Shown piece by piece: positions 13,895-27,352 of a stretch of DNA of 64,000 nucleotides. This DNA is from Camelus dromedarius (lineage: Eukaryota): the NCBI RefSeq assembly GCF_036321535.1, contig NC_087436.1, forward strand, positions 25,732,001 through 25,796,000. The letters run 5' to 3'. How positions within the stretch are numbered: position 1 is the first letter of the stretch; each line of letters begins with the position of its first letter. The notes beneath the pieces are model-generated. The model worked only from the letters and a program-made list of their open reading frames with translations. It made no database searches and was not told the origin of the DNA. A program made the position numbers and the translations under genes.

Positions 13895-14640
13895 ATCAGA
13901 TTCAACCTGTTATTAAGCAACTACCATGCAAGACATTGAACAAGCAAATAAAATAAAGATAAAGACAAAAAGGATACTGTCTTAGTTCCTAAGTTATGGG
14001 AAAACAGAGAGGTGCATTAATACATTGGACTGAACATTGTATCATAATGAAATCTCATGTAGTGGAACAGAAAAAGTATAATGAAATCAGGGAAAGGGAA
14101 AAAATGAATTATGACCTAAAGAATCAGGAAAGGCTGGAGATGGGTGCTCAGATAAGATTTCCATGGGCAGAGATGGAAGAGATTTTCTTTTTAGAGACAA
14201 TAATGTGAACACAGGAGCAGAAATGACAATATACAGTGTACATTAAAGAATGTTGAGAAATCTGAAGTGCCTTAGAAAATTGTATTTAAATTATAGGAGA
14301 TTCAGATCAGATTATAAGGAAAAACTTGAATAATATTCAGTAATAATATATGAATTTCTATACATATGATGGATTCAAAAGTTTTGAAACAGAAAAGTTA
14401 ATGGTTGGGATTATGCTTCGAAAGTGCCATTCTGGGGTCCTACAGGTGGACTGAATGAAAAACTGGAAAAGGATGTATTTAAGAGACAACTGGAATAATC
14501 TAACTGAGAGATAATGACAACTTAAATTTAAAAAAACAGCTGGTTATATTGTAGTCAAAGAATTGATTTATCAGCTGATTTTAAACTCTGAAAGAAGAGG
14601 AGCTGTTTAAAAGTGACTCTAGAATTTCAAGGCTTAAGGA
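13895..14640 (-). mobile_element. L2 LINE 3' region
   Basis: ATTCAACCTGTTATTAAGCAACTACCATGCAAGAC (reversed L2 3' end) followed by typical purine-rich L2 sequence. Confidence 0.55.
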
Positions 14641-16542
14641 TCATATTGGGTAACTAAGAAGGCATGGAACACAGCAAGAAAACACAGCTTTGATAGTAGT
14701 TATTAGTGACCATTTTCTTTTTTTCTACCAAATTCTCAAACTGTTAATCCTTCTCATTCTCAATATGGTCATTCTGTGCTATTCCTGGATCAGACTTTAC
14801 TGTGATGTATTTGCAAATAGCCACATTCTCTCATCTCTACCAATCTATTCAATGATAACATTGTCGCCTTCATAGACTCAGGAAATGTAGTCTCTGGAAT
14901 AAACAGTAGGTTCTCATTCTGCAACTTGAGTTTCATTTGATTCCATTCACTCCAAGTATATAATGTTCTCCGAGAGAATCACACCCTAATGCCCATTTTA
15001 AAATCATGAGTCATCACTACACTTGTGCAGACTTCCATTTTTTTTCTCTTTACCCTATTCTGTCTAGAATTTGTATTTATTATCAGAATTCCTATGTAAT
15101 AGTACAGTTGTGAACTCAGCTTCAGCACCTCAGCCATAATATTGTCTTGTTCTTACCTCTTATTCTAAAAAATGACTTTTTACCCTATGTTGTATACTAT
15201 TGCTTTTTCTTGGCCCAGTCTCTGAGATTTGCTTACTTTTTTTCTAAGTGCTCAATCTGACCTGTTTTATTACAGATATCTTTAAAAAACCAAAAAGTCA
15301 AGAGAAAAACTATAAATTTTGAATGTGTGTGGCTAGTTTACTTTTCTGGAGTTAGTCTAAGTATCTGTCAATATCTGTCCCATCTTTGTGTATGGTGCTA
15401 CATAAAATATTTTTTCTCCCAAATACCAGAGTATGTCTTGAGATTTTATAGATATTATAGGAAGGATGGTGACTTAATTTGGGAGTATACTGATCCCAAT
15501 TAGAAGTAGAACATTCATATAGCAATGCCCAACAGGAAACTGGATTGATGGCAAGAGAGTAATAATATGAATATTATAAACAAGCCTATTGTTAATGGGC
15601 TTATGTTTCAAGATGTTAAACTTGCCACATTCATTTAACTACCTTCTTAGCCATCACTGAAATGATTGTATAAGAATTCTTTTTAAGTCTTAAAAATCAA
15701 TGATATTTGGAGAGAGACAACAGAATATAGCATATTTTGAAAGACAGATAGCAGATGGGTGGCTACTTTACAACCAAAAATGTGGCTGAGGAATTGATGA
15801 TGAAATATTTGTAAGTTAGTGTAAGAAAGAGAAGATTCATCTCCTGAACCATGCACAGCATTCATGTTATGAAATTTCAAGCGTTAAGACCAGATTATTG
15901 GAATTTAATTTCTGACAACACAAAATAGAAAGGCTTAGAATTTAGGAACATTAGGCTTGTGAGGAAGCAATGCTGAGGAGCAGGCCTATAATCAAAGGGA
16001 TTAACTGGAGGTCCACACATGCAATGTAAGTTAATGGGAATTGTCAGAGAGATTACATATATCCAAAATAAAAGACTTAAATGAATAATAAAGGAAGTCT
16101 AACATCGAAGTAATTGAAACTTCCAGAAAGAGAGGTCAGAGTAAATAGAGGAAGGGAAACTATCAAAGACACAATATAGGAAATTTTCCCAGACCTGAAG
16201 AACATGAGTCTCCATAATAAAAGAGTCCACGGGGTGCTCAGACAACCATGGAACTATCAATGTTAGGGCACAGCATTAAAATCTCTTCTAGGATAAAGAG
16301 AAAAGGAATAAGCAATAAATAAACATTCTAAAATCTTCCAAAAGCTATTAAAATAGGACACAAATAAAAGAATAAGAAAAAATGACACTGAGCTTCTCAA
16401 TAACAATATTGGACCCTAAAGGACAATGAAATTACAATGAAAGGACAATTTATATGTATGCGTAAAATATGATTTCTAATCAAGAATTCTATAAGATAGC
16501 CAAAGGTTTAAACTATGTGAGGATAAGACTTTTCCACATACA

Positions 16543-16647
16543 GTGCTTGCTTCAGCAGCACATATACTTAAATTGGGATGATACAGAGATTAGCGTGGCC
16601 TCTGCACAAGGATGACAGGCAAATTCGTGAAGCGTTCCAAATTTTTT
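16543..16647 (+). pseudogene. Full-length U6 snRNA retropseudogene (5' part of a U6-L1 chimera)
   Basis: GTGCTTGCTTCAGCAGCACATATACTTAAATTGGGATGATACAGAGATTAGCGTGGCCTCTGCACAAGGATGACAGGCAAATTCGTGAAGCGTTCCAAATTTTTT aligns end to end with U6. It shows CpG-decay substitutions and a 3-nt deletion after ACAGAGA, and no recognisable U6 upstream promoter. Confidence 0.95.
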
Positions 16648-16793
16648 ATACAAGATCTTATGGTAGCTCACGGAGAAAAAAAGGTGACAATGAATAATAT
16701 ATATGTTCATGTATAACCGAAAAATTGTGCTCTACAATGGAATTTGACACAACGTTGTAAAATGATTATAAGTCAATAAAAAATGTTTAAAAA
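16648..16793 (+). mobile_element. L1 3'-terminal fragment fused to U6
   Basis: Similar to the other L1 stubs in this window (ATATGTTCATGTATAAC...TTGACACAACGTTGTAAAATGATTATAAGTCAATAAA), with AATAAA at 16775-16780, an A-rich tail and then the TSD. Confidence 0.85.
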
Positions 16794-16899
16794 AAGACTT
16801 TTCACATACACAATGACTAAGAAAATTTAATATCTTTGATTAGGGATCTAATTGAGATATGCATCTCATATTCTAGAAGAGGAAGCCAGCTTGATTTCA

Positions 16900-17340
16900 T
16901 CTATGGACCCAATCTGTGGCTTCCCCACAACCATTCCCCTTGGAGATATCCTCTCAAGAAGACTCTGTACTTGGCATGTGACTTGCTTTGAATAGCAGAA
17001 TAGGAAGATGAAAGCAGAGATTTGAAAGAGTGCACGCACATTTTCCTTTCCCTTTGGTTCTTTCAGTTGCCATGAGACCATGTCAAGAGAACAGGGCGAG
17101 TCTACTGGAGAAGAGAGACTTGTGTATGTGAGAAATCTGTCAACCACACTAGCTGAGGCCATACTAGACCAGCATGTCCCAAGCTGACCTAGACAACTAA
17201 ACAAAATGTATGAGTAAGCTCAGCCAAGTTCAGCCAAGTCCCACCCAGTCAGCAGAGCGCTCCCCCATAAACCAATCTCTAGCCTTAAGAAAAATTTCAA
17301 TAACTATCTTTTGGCTTTTTATTTTACACCACTAAATCAC
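16900..17340 (+). mobile_element. MaLR (MLT1-like) solo LTR
   Basis: CATGTGACTTGCTTTG...AGCAGAGATTTGAAAGAGTGC...AGCTGAGGCCATACTAGACCAGC...TGAGTAAGCTCAGCCAAG...TTTTACACCACTAAAT. Confidence 0.7.
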
Positions 17341-20300
17341 TACTAAATATGTATTTCAAAGGTTTGGCCAACTAACGGAAATAACATCTAAAATGGGTTA
17401 ATTTGGGGGAATGAGACTGAGGGGTGCAATAGATATGCTTGCTTTCATTATAGCCTTTCAGTAGTAAATGATTTTTTTAAATCACAAGCGTGTTTTAAAT
17501 TTTTTAAATGATGACAGATAGGGTTCTACATAAAGTTGTATGCCAAAGGAATTTTATTGTTTATATTGTTGCTGTTTTGTTTGATCTGAATGAGAAAGAA
17601 AAAGTGAAAATCTAGCAATACACTTGGGTGGGAGAGGTGAATATGAATGCTATTTTCTACCCTGAAAACATGAAGGTCTAGAATAATAAGTAGCTGACAA
17701 GAACTTAGTATCCTTAGGAACAGAGACAGATTTCTGTTGGGGCAAGACTGAAATTGATTTTGTTTTCTAAGGAACAGAGCTTCTGGAGGAGCACAGACTA
17801 TTGTGGGTAGAGGAGTTATGGAGGCAGAAGTTAACAGTAAGGGACTGTATTTTTGCCTTTGATTGAGAAACTCGGTATGAAAGGTATGGCTAAACTCAAC
17901 CAGCTTCCCAACTTTGAATACACCTTTACTTAAAATATTTTTTCATGTGAGAATTGCTTGAAAACTCCAGATTTTTCTGGGCCTGGACTTCAGCAGAAAT
18001 CTTATAAAGAGTTCACCAGGCAAATGTAAAATTTAGCTTAGACTCTAATTACAGTGTCACATATAGTGAAATACCTGATTCTAAATTAATAAGCCGGTGC
18101 TTGTACATGAATGCATGGATTACAGCTGTTACCCAAGGAAAATACTTCTTTTAAGATAGTGGAAAATAGGAGCTTTTCCTTTATCTGAGGAGTATATGGG
18201 ATGAAAATACATGACTGGAAATTCAAACGTATCATTTAAAAAAACAGTTAGGTTTCAGAGCTTCATTTAACTAAAGCATAAAACTTCTAAGTATAGTGTG
18301 ATGTAAATGTGCCCAAGTAATCACTGTGCTTGGATGGAGCAAAGATTATTATTCAAAGTAAACCCATTTCTCCTTCTGTATGAAACAGACATTACAAGAA
18401 ATAAACAAGCTAACAACATAGTCATTAAGTGAGGATAAAAATGCTCAAAGATTCTGTGTTTAGTAAGAATATATTAACAATAAGTTTAAATGTTTCAGCC
18501 CCCCATAATCTCCTTCAGTCCTCCTCAAGCACCTAAAGAAGTCTTCAATCTCAGAAAGCACAGAAACATACAAGTTCAAGACAAATCAACTAATCTCTGT
18601 TGTCCACATCCCCTCCACCCAAGTCCTGACATAGACATTGTTGAATAAAGAGTGATTTCCCTGACAACGTCCATCTATTTCCAATCACAGTGGAAGCCCC
18701 AGACCCCTGTATGCATGAATGTGCACCTATGTATTAAAAACAACTGCTAATCTCTCTCATTTACTTAAATATGAGAGTCCAAATAATTCAAATTGATCTT
18801 ACATAAATTATTAAAATACCCAATGTTCTTCAACAAAAAACACTTTGACAATATGGTACCATCTAATTAAACAAAGAGAAATTTAAAGCAATATGAGTGA
18901 CTGTACTTCTCTGTTAATACATAACTGCTAACCTGTGATTTCCTATGAGAGCAATGTAAAGAATTATGAGTACTTGTTTTCATGGTCAGATGTTTAATGA
19001 GATGCTTACTCCTGCAAGTATACAGTGGATGCTACAGACTGAATTCAACTAACATGTGTATTATTTAGTACTGAGAGAAAATAAAAGATGGTCTCTAAAG
19101 GCAGAATTGAAAACATTCTTTTGCTGTTAGAATATTAAAACAAGGTGTTTATAAGAACTCTGGCTGAAAGCCACCAAAAATCAGGTCCAAGTATATATGA
19201 GAATGCAAAACCAGTAACTCCTGTTAATGAGATTAGAAGAATTATATGGAAACAGCACTCATTTGGGTTGACAATTATTCCTGGATGTGAAATATATATA
19301 GAGAGAAGGTGGACAGCCCATTATTGAATCACATGACCTGAGTAGAGTTAGGAAGTAACAGATGATCTGGGGCTCTTCTCAAACCATTAAAACTCAAGAA
19401 AGTAATACAAAAATTTTAATATAAAACATAAAAATGTTTTATTTTTTACTTCTGAGAGCAGAAGAATGCACAAATTTCAAGTTTGCTTAACATATACTTG
19501 ACTTTAACAGGAATGAGAAGTTTCAATAATGACTATGCTAGGAATTTGTATTTTTGCCTAATTACATGTACGGTCATGAAACATAAGGGAATTATGATCA
19601 TATCATTACATAAAGGATCTCTTTAAGATCCTTGTTTTCATATGCTTATCATCCTGGATATAATCACAGATATTGATGGATAGTTTTACCTCTGAATCTG
19701 CAGAGTATGAAATTCTCAAGAGTTGCTGATATACTGTTGTTTAATCACACACTATTTCTAAATGACCTCATGAAAGAGTTGCCCAAAGAAGACCACAGTA
19801 AGACATGGCTTAACAGTTTTAGGTGAACTTCTTAACCATAGTGATGAAGATGCTCAGGTTTCTTTTCAAGGGCTAATTAAAATGATTTTTTTAATTGACA
19901 AGGGTAGATGAGGGAACGACCATTGTGCTGTGTGCTTGGCTTTGTGAGTGTGTGTGCATATGTAGGCAGGGAGAGGTTGTCAAATGAGAAAACGGGGAGC
20001 AAAACTGAGCTCTTGACTTACCATATACTCTTACCTTAAAGAGGGGCATTTTTGCACCAAAAGTAAGAAAATATGTACACTATATAGAGAGAGTAATTTC
20101 AAGGAATACATGTAACTTAATTTAAAATGTCCCATATTGTTCTTCTTCTTTTTCTCATTTCACCACAGACCAGTGAATACTTGGTCTACACAGTGATGTA
20201 GAGGCAAGTACAGGTAAATGGCCATGTTTGCACTAGTCTTACCATCACTGACGCAGAGAAAGACTCATGGCAAAGGACTATAACCTGAGTAGATACAATT

Positions 20301-22359
20301 CCATCAAAGCGGGATACAATCACACTTCACAGGTAGAACTTGCCATTGATTTGTCTGATATGTGGATATATTCCATATATGATCTTATTTTGAAAAACAA
20401 AGTAAAAGAAAGATCTTGTAGGGTCTGATGTGATACTGAGAGCGAAGTAGTGAAGATGATGATTATGGGGAAATGGCAGAAATATCATGCAAGGAATACT
20501 CAAAAGCATTGTTTTATATGCTATAAAGCACTAGGTTTTTATCAAACTAAAAATATAACCAGAGAGGCCCTTATCTTGGAGGAAATGCTATCTTAATTTC
20601 TATTAGAAATTCCTGACTTTCCATCCTCTGTTTCTCATCTATTCAGATCAAAAGTCTGTGAACTGTGTGAACTACTAAGCATCTACGTTCACATAGAGTT
20701 CAATGACAGAAGAGGATTTCTGCCAATTCCTCTAGGCTTGAACAACTTAAGGTCAAAGGAAAAATCTAAAGGAACTAATTTATGTGAGATTATTTTACTA
20801 AAAAGAAAACAAACTAATATAAACTATCACTGTTTATTCTTTCAGCTTTGATGACACCCACCTTCCTTCACTTCCTTACAATAATTTCCGGCTTTCTTTG
20901 GTTTTTATCTAAAGTTTCCAAAGTTGAACATCGACCATTTTTACAATAATTAAATCCTACTTAAAAACTGGGGGTTTCCATGTGTGCATGAATGTATTCC
21001 TCTTCTTCCTCATCTAAATTTATTTAATCTTTTCAGAAATCCTGGGTTATGCATAGAGAGATTTAAAAATATCTTATCATTTGTTTCTTTTGTAGCAAAG
21101 GGGATGTATTCACCAAGACATTTCTATAAGGGGGGGTGGGGAAGCAAGCCCATAGAGAGGGAAAAGTCTACTAACTCAGGCAGTAAAAGAGCATTTTAAT
21201 CACTTTTCAGAAATTGGAAACTGTTCTTTCCCTTGCAGTCTTAGAATTTATCATTCTCCAGGCTTAATTAATTAAGTTTCCTGCACAAAAAAAGATAAAA
21301 TTGACAACACAAGATTCTGTTGAAAACTAGTTAAATTTTCTCTATAAATTGCTTTATTTCTATCTTGCTCTCAAAATATATTTCTTCTGCCTTAGTTGAC
21401 TCAAGTTTAGCAAATGAAAACTTAATGGAGTGCATGGAGAACAATATGTCTTCACAAGAACAGTGTTTAAAGAACAAATTGCTCCATTTCTGCAGCTAGA
21501 AATAAGAGTTCAGATGGATTCTAAATGTCAGGAAACTTAGAAAGTGAAGGCACTTTTAAAAATTCAGGGTTTTTTTTTTCCTGTGTATTTAGTAATCTCA
21601 TGATTTTTCTCATTTTCCCTACTGATCTCTTTCAATTCTCCCTATTTGTAAAGACCGATTAAGAATATATCAAGATAGGTACAGACATGTATATTTAGAC
21701 AAAATATCTGACACAGTATTACATATTTAAATTATAAGAGAATTTTATATTCTTCAAATTGCCTTCATAATTAGGATAAAATCCAAATAATCTTAAAAAC
21801 AGTTTTAGTAGTAAATGTATTTTATATTAATAACACGGTTTAGAAATGATAAGCCAGTGGAGTCAAAATTAACAGCACTGTTATTATAAAATTGTCAATA
21901 TAAGCTAGTTACCATTTATCAAGTATAGTAAATAGATTTAGGAGAATGCAACAACTAATGCGGTTGCCTAGAGTGCTAAGTTAAAATGTAATGTGGGGCT
22001 GTCCTCCCATTTTTTTTTTTTAATGAATGAGTATTAAGATTGATAAGGAATATTTGCTGGTGGGAGAGAAGTAATAGCTCTTCTGCTTCAGATTTGTCAT
22101 TCTTGATGTAAAGTTAAGTTTAGAATGATTTTTTATATAGAAAGTAAGTGATCTATGATCACTTTCTATTAAAAAGATTCCTATATTTGCCACAATGTTT
22201 ATTTTCAATATCTTCCTTTCACTAGTGATTTTCTCTCTGCCTTCAAATATGTGTTGATTCAACTCGAGGGAAAATGTCATTCACCTCTATCTATAGCCCC
22301 ATCCTGGAACTTATTACCCAGAACTCCTCTGCCTTCAGAAAAAAGTAATGTATCCTTTT

Positions 22360-22363
<4 letters not shown>

Positions 22364-22419
<56 letters not shown>
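22364..22419. repeat. (TA)28 microsatellite
   Basis: Perfect TA run next to the SINE tail. Confidence 0.95.
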
Positions 22420-22420
<1 letters not shown>

Positions 22421-22423
<3 letters not shown>

Positions 22424-22595
22424 AAGTTTTACTTACTTATTTTTAATTTTTATTCATTTATTTTAATTTGGGGGGGGAGGTAATTAGGTTCATTTATTCT
22501 TATTTATTTATTCTTTAATGGAGGTACCAGGGATTGAACCCAGGGCCTCATGCATGCTAAGCATGTGCTCTGCCGCTGAGCTATACTCTCCACCC
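22421..22595 (-). mobile_element. tRNA-Ala-derived SINE, camelid Vic-1-like
   Basis: Minus strand reads GGAGAGTATAGCTCAGCGGCAGAGCACATGCTTAGCATGCATGAGGCCCTGGGTTCAATCCCTGGTACCTCC (A box, AGC anticodon loop, B box), then an (AATA)n linker, CCTAATTACCTCCCCCCCC and an A-rich tail. Confidence 0.85.
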
Positions 22596-22605
22596 ACTAC
22601 GTGTA

Positions 22606-22801
22606 TTTTTTTTAATTGAAGTATAGTCAGTTTACAATGTTTTGTCAGTTTCTGGTGTACAGCACAATACTGCAATCATACACGAACATACACATATTTG
22701 TTTTCATATTCTTTTCACCATAAGTTACTACAAGATATTGAATATAGTTCTCTGTGCTATACAGTATGAACTTGTTACTTATCTACTTTATATATATTAG
22801 T
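22606..22801 (-). mobile_element. 5'-truncated lineage-specific L1 3' end
   Basis: Reverse complement of the same 3' UTR seen at 2592-2760, with a T-run (poly-A tail) at 22606. Confidence 0.88.
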
Positions 22802-23379
22802 AACTGTCCTTTACAGCTCTCAATCAGGTACATCTAATGTAATTTTTCTCTGACCTCATGCAGATCCCACATCTTGACTGCCATGTTTTATCCCCTTACC
22901 AGCCCAGGATGATATTCATGATTTGCCCACATAATCTCTCATCTCAAACATGTATGCCACAGGAATGAAGGCTGTCAGGAAAGTCAGCCGCCTTCCCATG
23001 ATTCTGTCCCTTCCCCGATTTTGACATTTTGCTCCTTTACACACATCTTTACTTACACCTTGCTCTTCTGCCCCAGAGGAGAACACATCTGTCATTCTTT
23101 CCAGGCTGCTTCCCGACTATGCTTTAGGTGCCATCTCCTCCTGCTTCTCCATGACCGTGTCCTATAAATTCCCCACTCCTCTCTGTCTCTGTCTCTACCG
23201 ATATACTGCCCTTAGCAAATAAACATTCTTAAACAGATTCTCTCTTTAAAAATCACAGCCACAACCACAGAAGTACCTCCTTACGCTATAAATTTCACTC
23301 TGGTTCTAGGCCTCTCTCTCTCTCCTCTCTCAGGCAAACTTTCCCAAAGTGGAGCTCCTGTCCTCTGATTCCCAAGAGG

Positions 23380-23580
23380 CAGTACATCATGGTTTTGAAA
23401 ATAGTGAGCCTTGAAGTCCGTGTGGGCTGGAATCCTGTGCAACTTACTCCTGTCATGTAACATCAGGCACGTTATTGAAACTGTCATTGAAATGCTCTGC
23501 ATCTATAAAAGGAGATAACACATGCTCAGTGTGGAGATGTGAGGACTAAATTATTTAAATTATGTAAGGAATTTAGTATA
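23380..23580 (+). mobile_element. MIR SINE
   Basis: GCAGTACATCATGGTT...CATCTATAAAAGGAGATAA...GTGAGGACTAAAT. Confidence 0.6.
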
Positions 23581-24869
23581 CAAGAGTGATGGCTTTTGTA
23601 TTCTCCAGCTGATTCTGTTTCCTTTTGCACATCTTTTGTTTGCTCCCAGTAGTGTCTAATTTTCAGCATTTCTCACCTAGATTATTCCACAACTTCATAA
23701 TTTGTATTATTGCCTACTACCAACCTGTGTTAACCCATTTTTGTAACCCAACTATGAGAGTATTTATTACTTTCATAAGAAACCTTCCCTTGTTACTGCC
23801 TGGTGAACAGTGTCAAAGGATTCTCATGACCAAGTAATGTTCCAAAAAGTTTTATCTAATTATTTGTATCAGTATCACCTGAGATGTTGGCTAACAATGA
23901 GTATCTCAAAGCCCTACCTACTGAGTCAGACTCTAAGCAATTATGTAACTTTGCGTTGTAGGCTGGATTCCCATTTATTTTGCATTAAATATAAGGCCAA
24001 TTATAACTCCACATGATACAGCACTATACTGAGGTTTTACTGAATTTTTCCAAACACAGAACATTTTCTCACATTGTATTGCCTTTGTATATGACTCTCC
24101 AGCAACCTGGAATATTTCCACAATATTTAATTTTTCAAGATTCTCCTGCTTTAAAGAAGCTTCCATTGACTATCAATTTCCATCTCTTTCTCTACCCTTG
24201 TATGGGTTTAATGTTTTTAATGCCACTTATGTTTATACCATCTGTCATTATACATACCTCACTGTAATGTCTTTTCTATCAAATTATAATTTTCTTTAAG
24301 AAAGATAGAATTTTTTATCTCTGCACCCTCAGTACCTAGCATCTTGTATTGTTCATACTAAGGACTGTACATTGATTTGCCTGTCATTAACCTAATTAGT
24401 TATCTGTCCATCTACTTATGTAATTACCTATGTATTTATTTATGTAAATACACTTATCTATTTGTTTTTATCTGTTCATGGATTTATTATAGCAGTCATC
24501 AATTAGTTAACACAATTGTGTAAAATATATGATAAATTTATCAGCTACATGAAGAGAATAAACAAAGAGAGACAACCTTATTTAGAGAAAAAAAATGTAT
24601 ATCCAAACCTATCGTAATTACTTATATACCTACATTACAACATAAGAGATTTGTCCTTTACACAATAGCCATCATCCATTAAAAAAAAAAATCAAATTGC
24701 CCAGTGAGAATTCTCCTGGAGCTCTGACATACTGAAAATAATAAAGAACACCATCTCCAATAATATTAGCTTAGCCTATGCTGTGTTTTAACAGAACCCC
24801 AGCTAGTCTATATTAAATAGCAGTTAGAAGGAGACATCTGACTGAATTCTGTCTGACGTAATATGGAAA

Positions 24870-25110
24870 GACGTAAGGTTTATATAATCTAGGTATGGCC
24901 TCTAAAGAACTGTTCATGAGACCCCCATGCTCTCTCTCCTCCCTCTTTTCTAGTTCAGATGGAGGGCACCTTCCAGGGGCCCTCACACTGAGAAAGCCAC
25001 TAGATAGAATGACCTTGAGGAAGGTTGCCCAACTAGACTGAGATAAATAAGCTTCTATTGTGTTAAGTAACCAAAGATTGTTACATTTTTTATCTTATAA
25101 CAATTAGCCA
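24870..25110 (+). mobile_element. MaLR/ERVL LTR fragment (MLT1J-like)
   Basis: AGCCACTAGATAGAA...GAGATAAATAAGCTTCTATTGTGTTAAG. Confidence 0.5.
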
Positions 25111-27280
25111 ATTTTGGCTCCAAAAAATTGTCACAGTAGATCCTTCAAATGAGTTCCTTAGGATTTTTGTTTTCATAATTACTTTTGCCATAAGGTAATG
25201 GCCCCCCAAAATGCATTTTTTTTTTCCTGAAATACCAATAAAATTACTAGGTATACACATTTCTGGTGATCTGGTGCAATCTAAGAATATACTTTAAGTG
25301 TCTGGATAACTTCATGGACTGACTATATATTTTTAAAGTTATCCTCACTCAAATATAATGTTTCTCTTCCTGGCCTTTGATAGATAGTCCAGGACTGCAA
25401 AGTAGTGGGTATTTCTTAACTTTAAATAAAAGAGGGAATTTAATTTAATACATCTCGATTTTTTTTCCTTGTGACTCTAGTTAAGAGAATAAAGAAAAAA
25501 TTATGGAGAACAGAATAGCGGTCAAAACCTTCCATACAGGACAATGTAGCACCTAGTTTAAACTGATTTAAGAACAGAATTTCAGGAATGGTCTTTCTCT
25601 ACTTTAAAGCTCTACCAATGAACTTTCTGCTAATTCTGATTCCAGCTGTATCCTTGGTATAAGCTCTGAAATGCTCTGAGTATACAGAGTGACATTAGAT
25701 ACAAATCTAGCTGGTGATTGGTAAAAATCAGGTTTCTCTTACACTAGTAATCCTAATGGCATTATAGACATTTAAATAAGAGATTAAAATCCTAGAAACA
25801 GCAATATCTTTATGCTACTTTTGTCTAAGATAGTTTTATAAGGTAACTTGTCTATTTTGGAGGATACTGGTAAGTTATAACAAATATAGAGACACAGTTT
25901 CCAAATACTCAGCATAAATGGGTACAAATCAAGAATGAAATCACTGATAGGTAATCCTTTTAAGGAGCAGTAATTGGGTTCAATAAGGATGGGTGCAGAC
26001 TAAATTTTATACTCTCATTCAAAGAATTTTCACACAACCATCACCTCCTCACCAAAGTTAATGCTGTTAATTCTCTCGCAATTCTGATAGTCTCATGATA
26101 TTTTGAGAACTTCCTGCTTACAGTGATAACCTGGAGTCTGTAACAAGAAATTCTTCCCACTGTTTTCCCCCTATTCTCCTTCTCCTACAAAAGCTAAAGA
26201 AGGGTGGAGGCATGTGAAATAAAAACTAACAGGGAAATGAATGCTAATAAATGTCTGCTATGTTTTGAGTAAAGGATTGGGTCAATTTTCAGTTCATTCT
26301 ATGTAAATCTCTCTTTAATTTAAAGAATTCAACTACAAGACAGAATTGCAATACACAGTGCAAGTTTACATGATGAGACCTGAGATTCTATCATCATCTT
26401 CATTTATCAAAATGAAAAAAAATAGCCTTTTTCATTTAAAAAGTGTTATAGCTTCAATTATTTCATTAGGCCATATTTAAGTTGTGTATATAAAGTTGTG
26501 AAGGCAGTTTCCATAAACCATCCATAGAAAGCCGTCTTTTCACCTTAGTCTCACTGCTCTTGCCTAAGAGAATAAAAATGTAGCTACAAGTCATCCTACC
26601 TCTGGTCCATTTTTAGTACTCTGTATGGTCATTACCTTACCAGTCTTTCTCTCATTTGCATGCATCTCGGACTCCATTTCATTAAGCTGTCAGTGTCAGA
26701 CTGAAAGGAACTTCTGATCTGAGCTGATAGATAGCAGTGAAGCTTGTTCCCCTGTGTCTGCATCTTTCAGTGAAAAAGCAAGATTGGGAAACAGATTTAT
26801 AACAATACATGGATGCACTGAATTAGAAAAGACAGTTTCAGAGCAATGACATGCTTTTTTTCTCCTCTGGTGCACACTCCACTGAGATATGTCAGATACA
26901 CTGTATTAAAGCTTTACAAGTTTTGAAAGCTTTTCCAACCTCTCTTTCTTTTGTTGTTTTGTTGGTTTTTTTGCTGTTGTTCTCTCCACTTTCCCTTGTG
27001 TTGTTCTGTTTGTATCTCCTTTGAATTAGGAACATCCTTTCTAGTTTGCTGTGTTGGGTAGAGGGTTATAAATGATCATTTCCCCTCTTACTCTAGGCCT
27101 AATTGTTAAAAGAGGATCAGTGACTATATTTCTTAAAGAAAAACCTTACAAAAAAGTAAATCTGTCACATCAGCAGAGCAGCCCACATCCATCATGAAGG
27201 ATGAAGTGCTCCCTGTTTATCTTAAAGAACCACTGCTAGAATAAAGATGCTTTGAGAGTCATTCCAAAAGTGAACTTCCT

Positions 27281-27352
27281 CGTTGTACACCAGAAATTGA
27301 CACAGCATTGTAAACTGACTATACCTCAATTAAAAAAAAAAAAATCTTTTTT
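27281..27352 (+). mobile_element. Very short (~70 bp) L1 3' stub with 13-bp TSD
   Basis: TGTACACCAGAAATTGACACAGCATTGTAAACTGACTATACCTCAATT plus A13, flanked by AAGTGAACTTCCT (27268-27280) and AAGCGAACTTCCT (27353-27365). Confidence 0.9.

Larger units (their letters stand above)
16080..16835 (+). mobile_element. Ancient L1 ORF1-like fragment, interrupted by the U6-L1 chimera
   Basis: Degraded ORF1-like motifs (GAAGTCTAACATC, GAAATTTTCCCAGACCTGAAGAACATGAGTC, CAAGAATTCTATA); the sequence resumes after 16810. Confidence 0.6.

Noticed and set aside
16543..16647. Functional U6 snRNA gene
   Set aside because: No recognisable upstream PSE/TATA, a 3-nt deletion between ACAGAGA and the AGC triad, CpG decay, and fusion to L1 with a TSD.
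19904..19943. Possible CR1 RT motif (VDEG...DAVxLDF-like)
   Set aside because: Needs two indels within 40 nt and the flanks do not extend the match.
22517..22595. tRNA-Ala gene
   Set aside because: The tRNA-like head is followed by a SINE linker and A-rich tail, and the acceptor stem is degenerate; it is a SINE.
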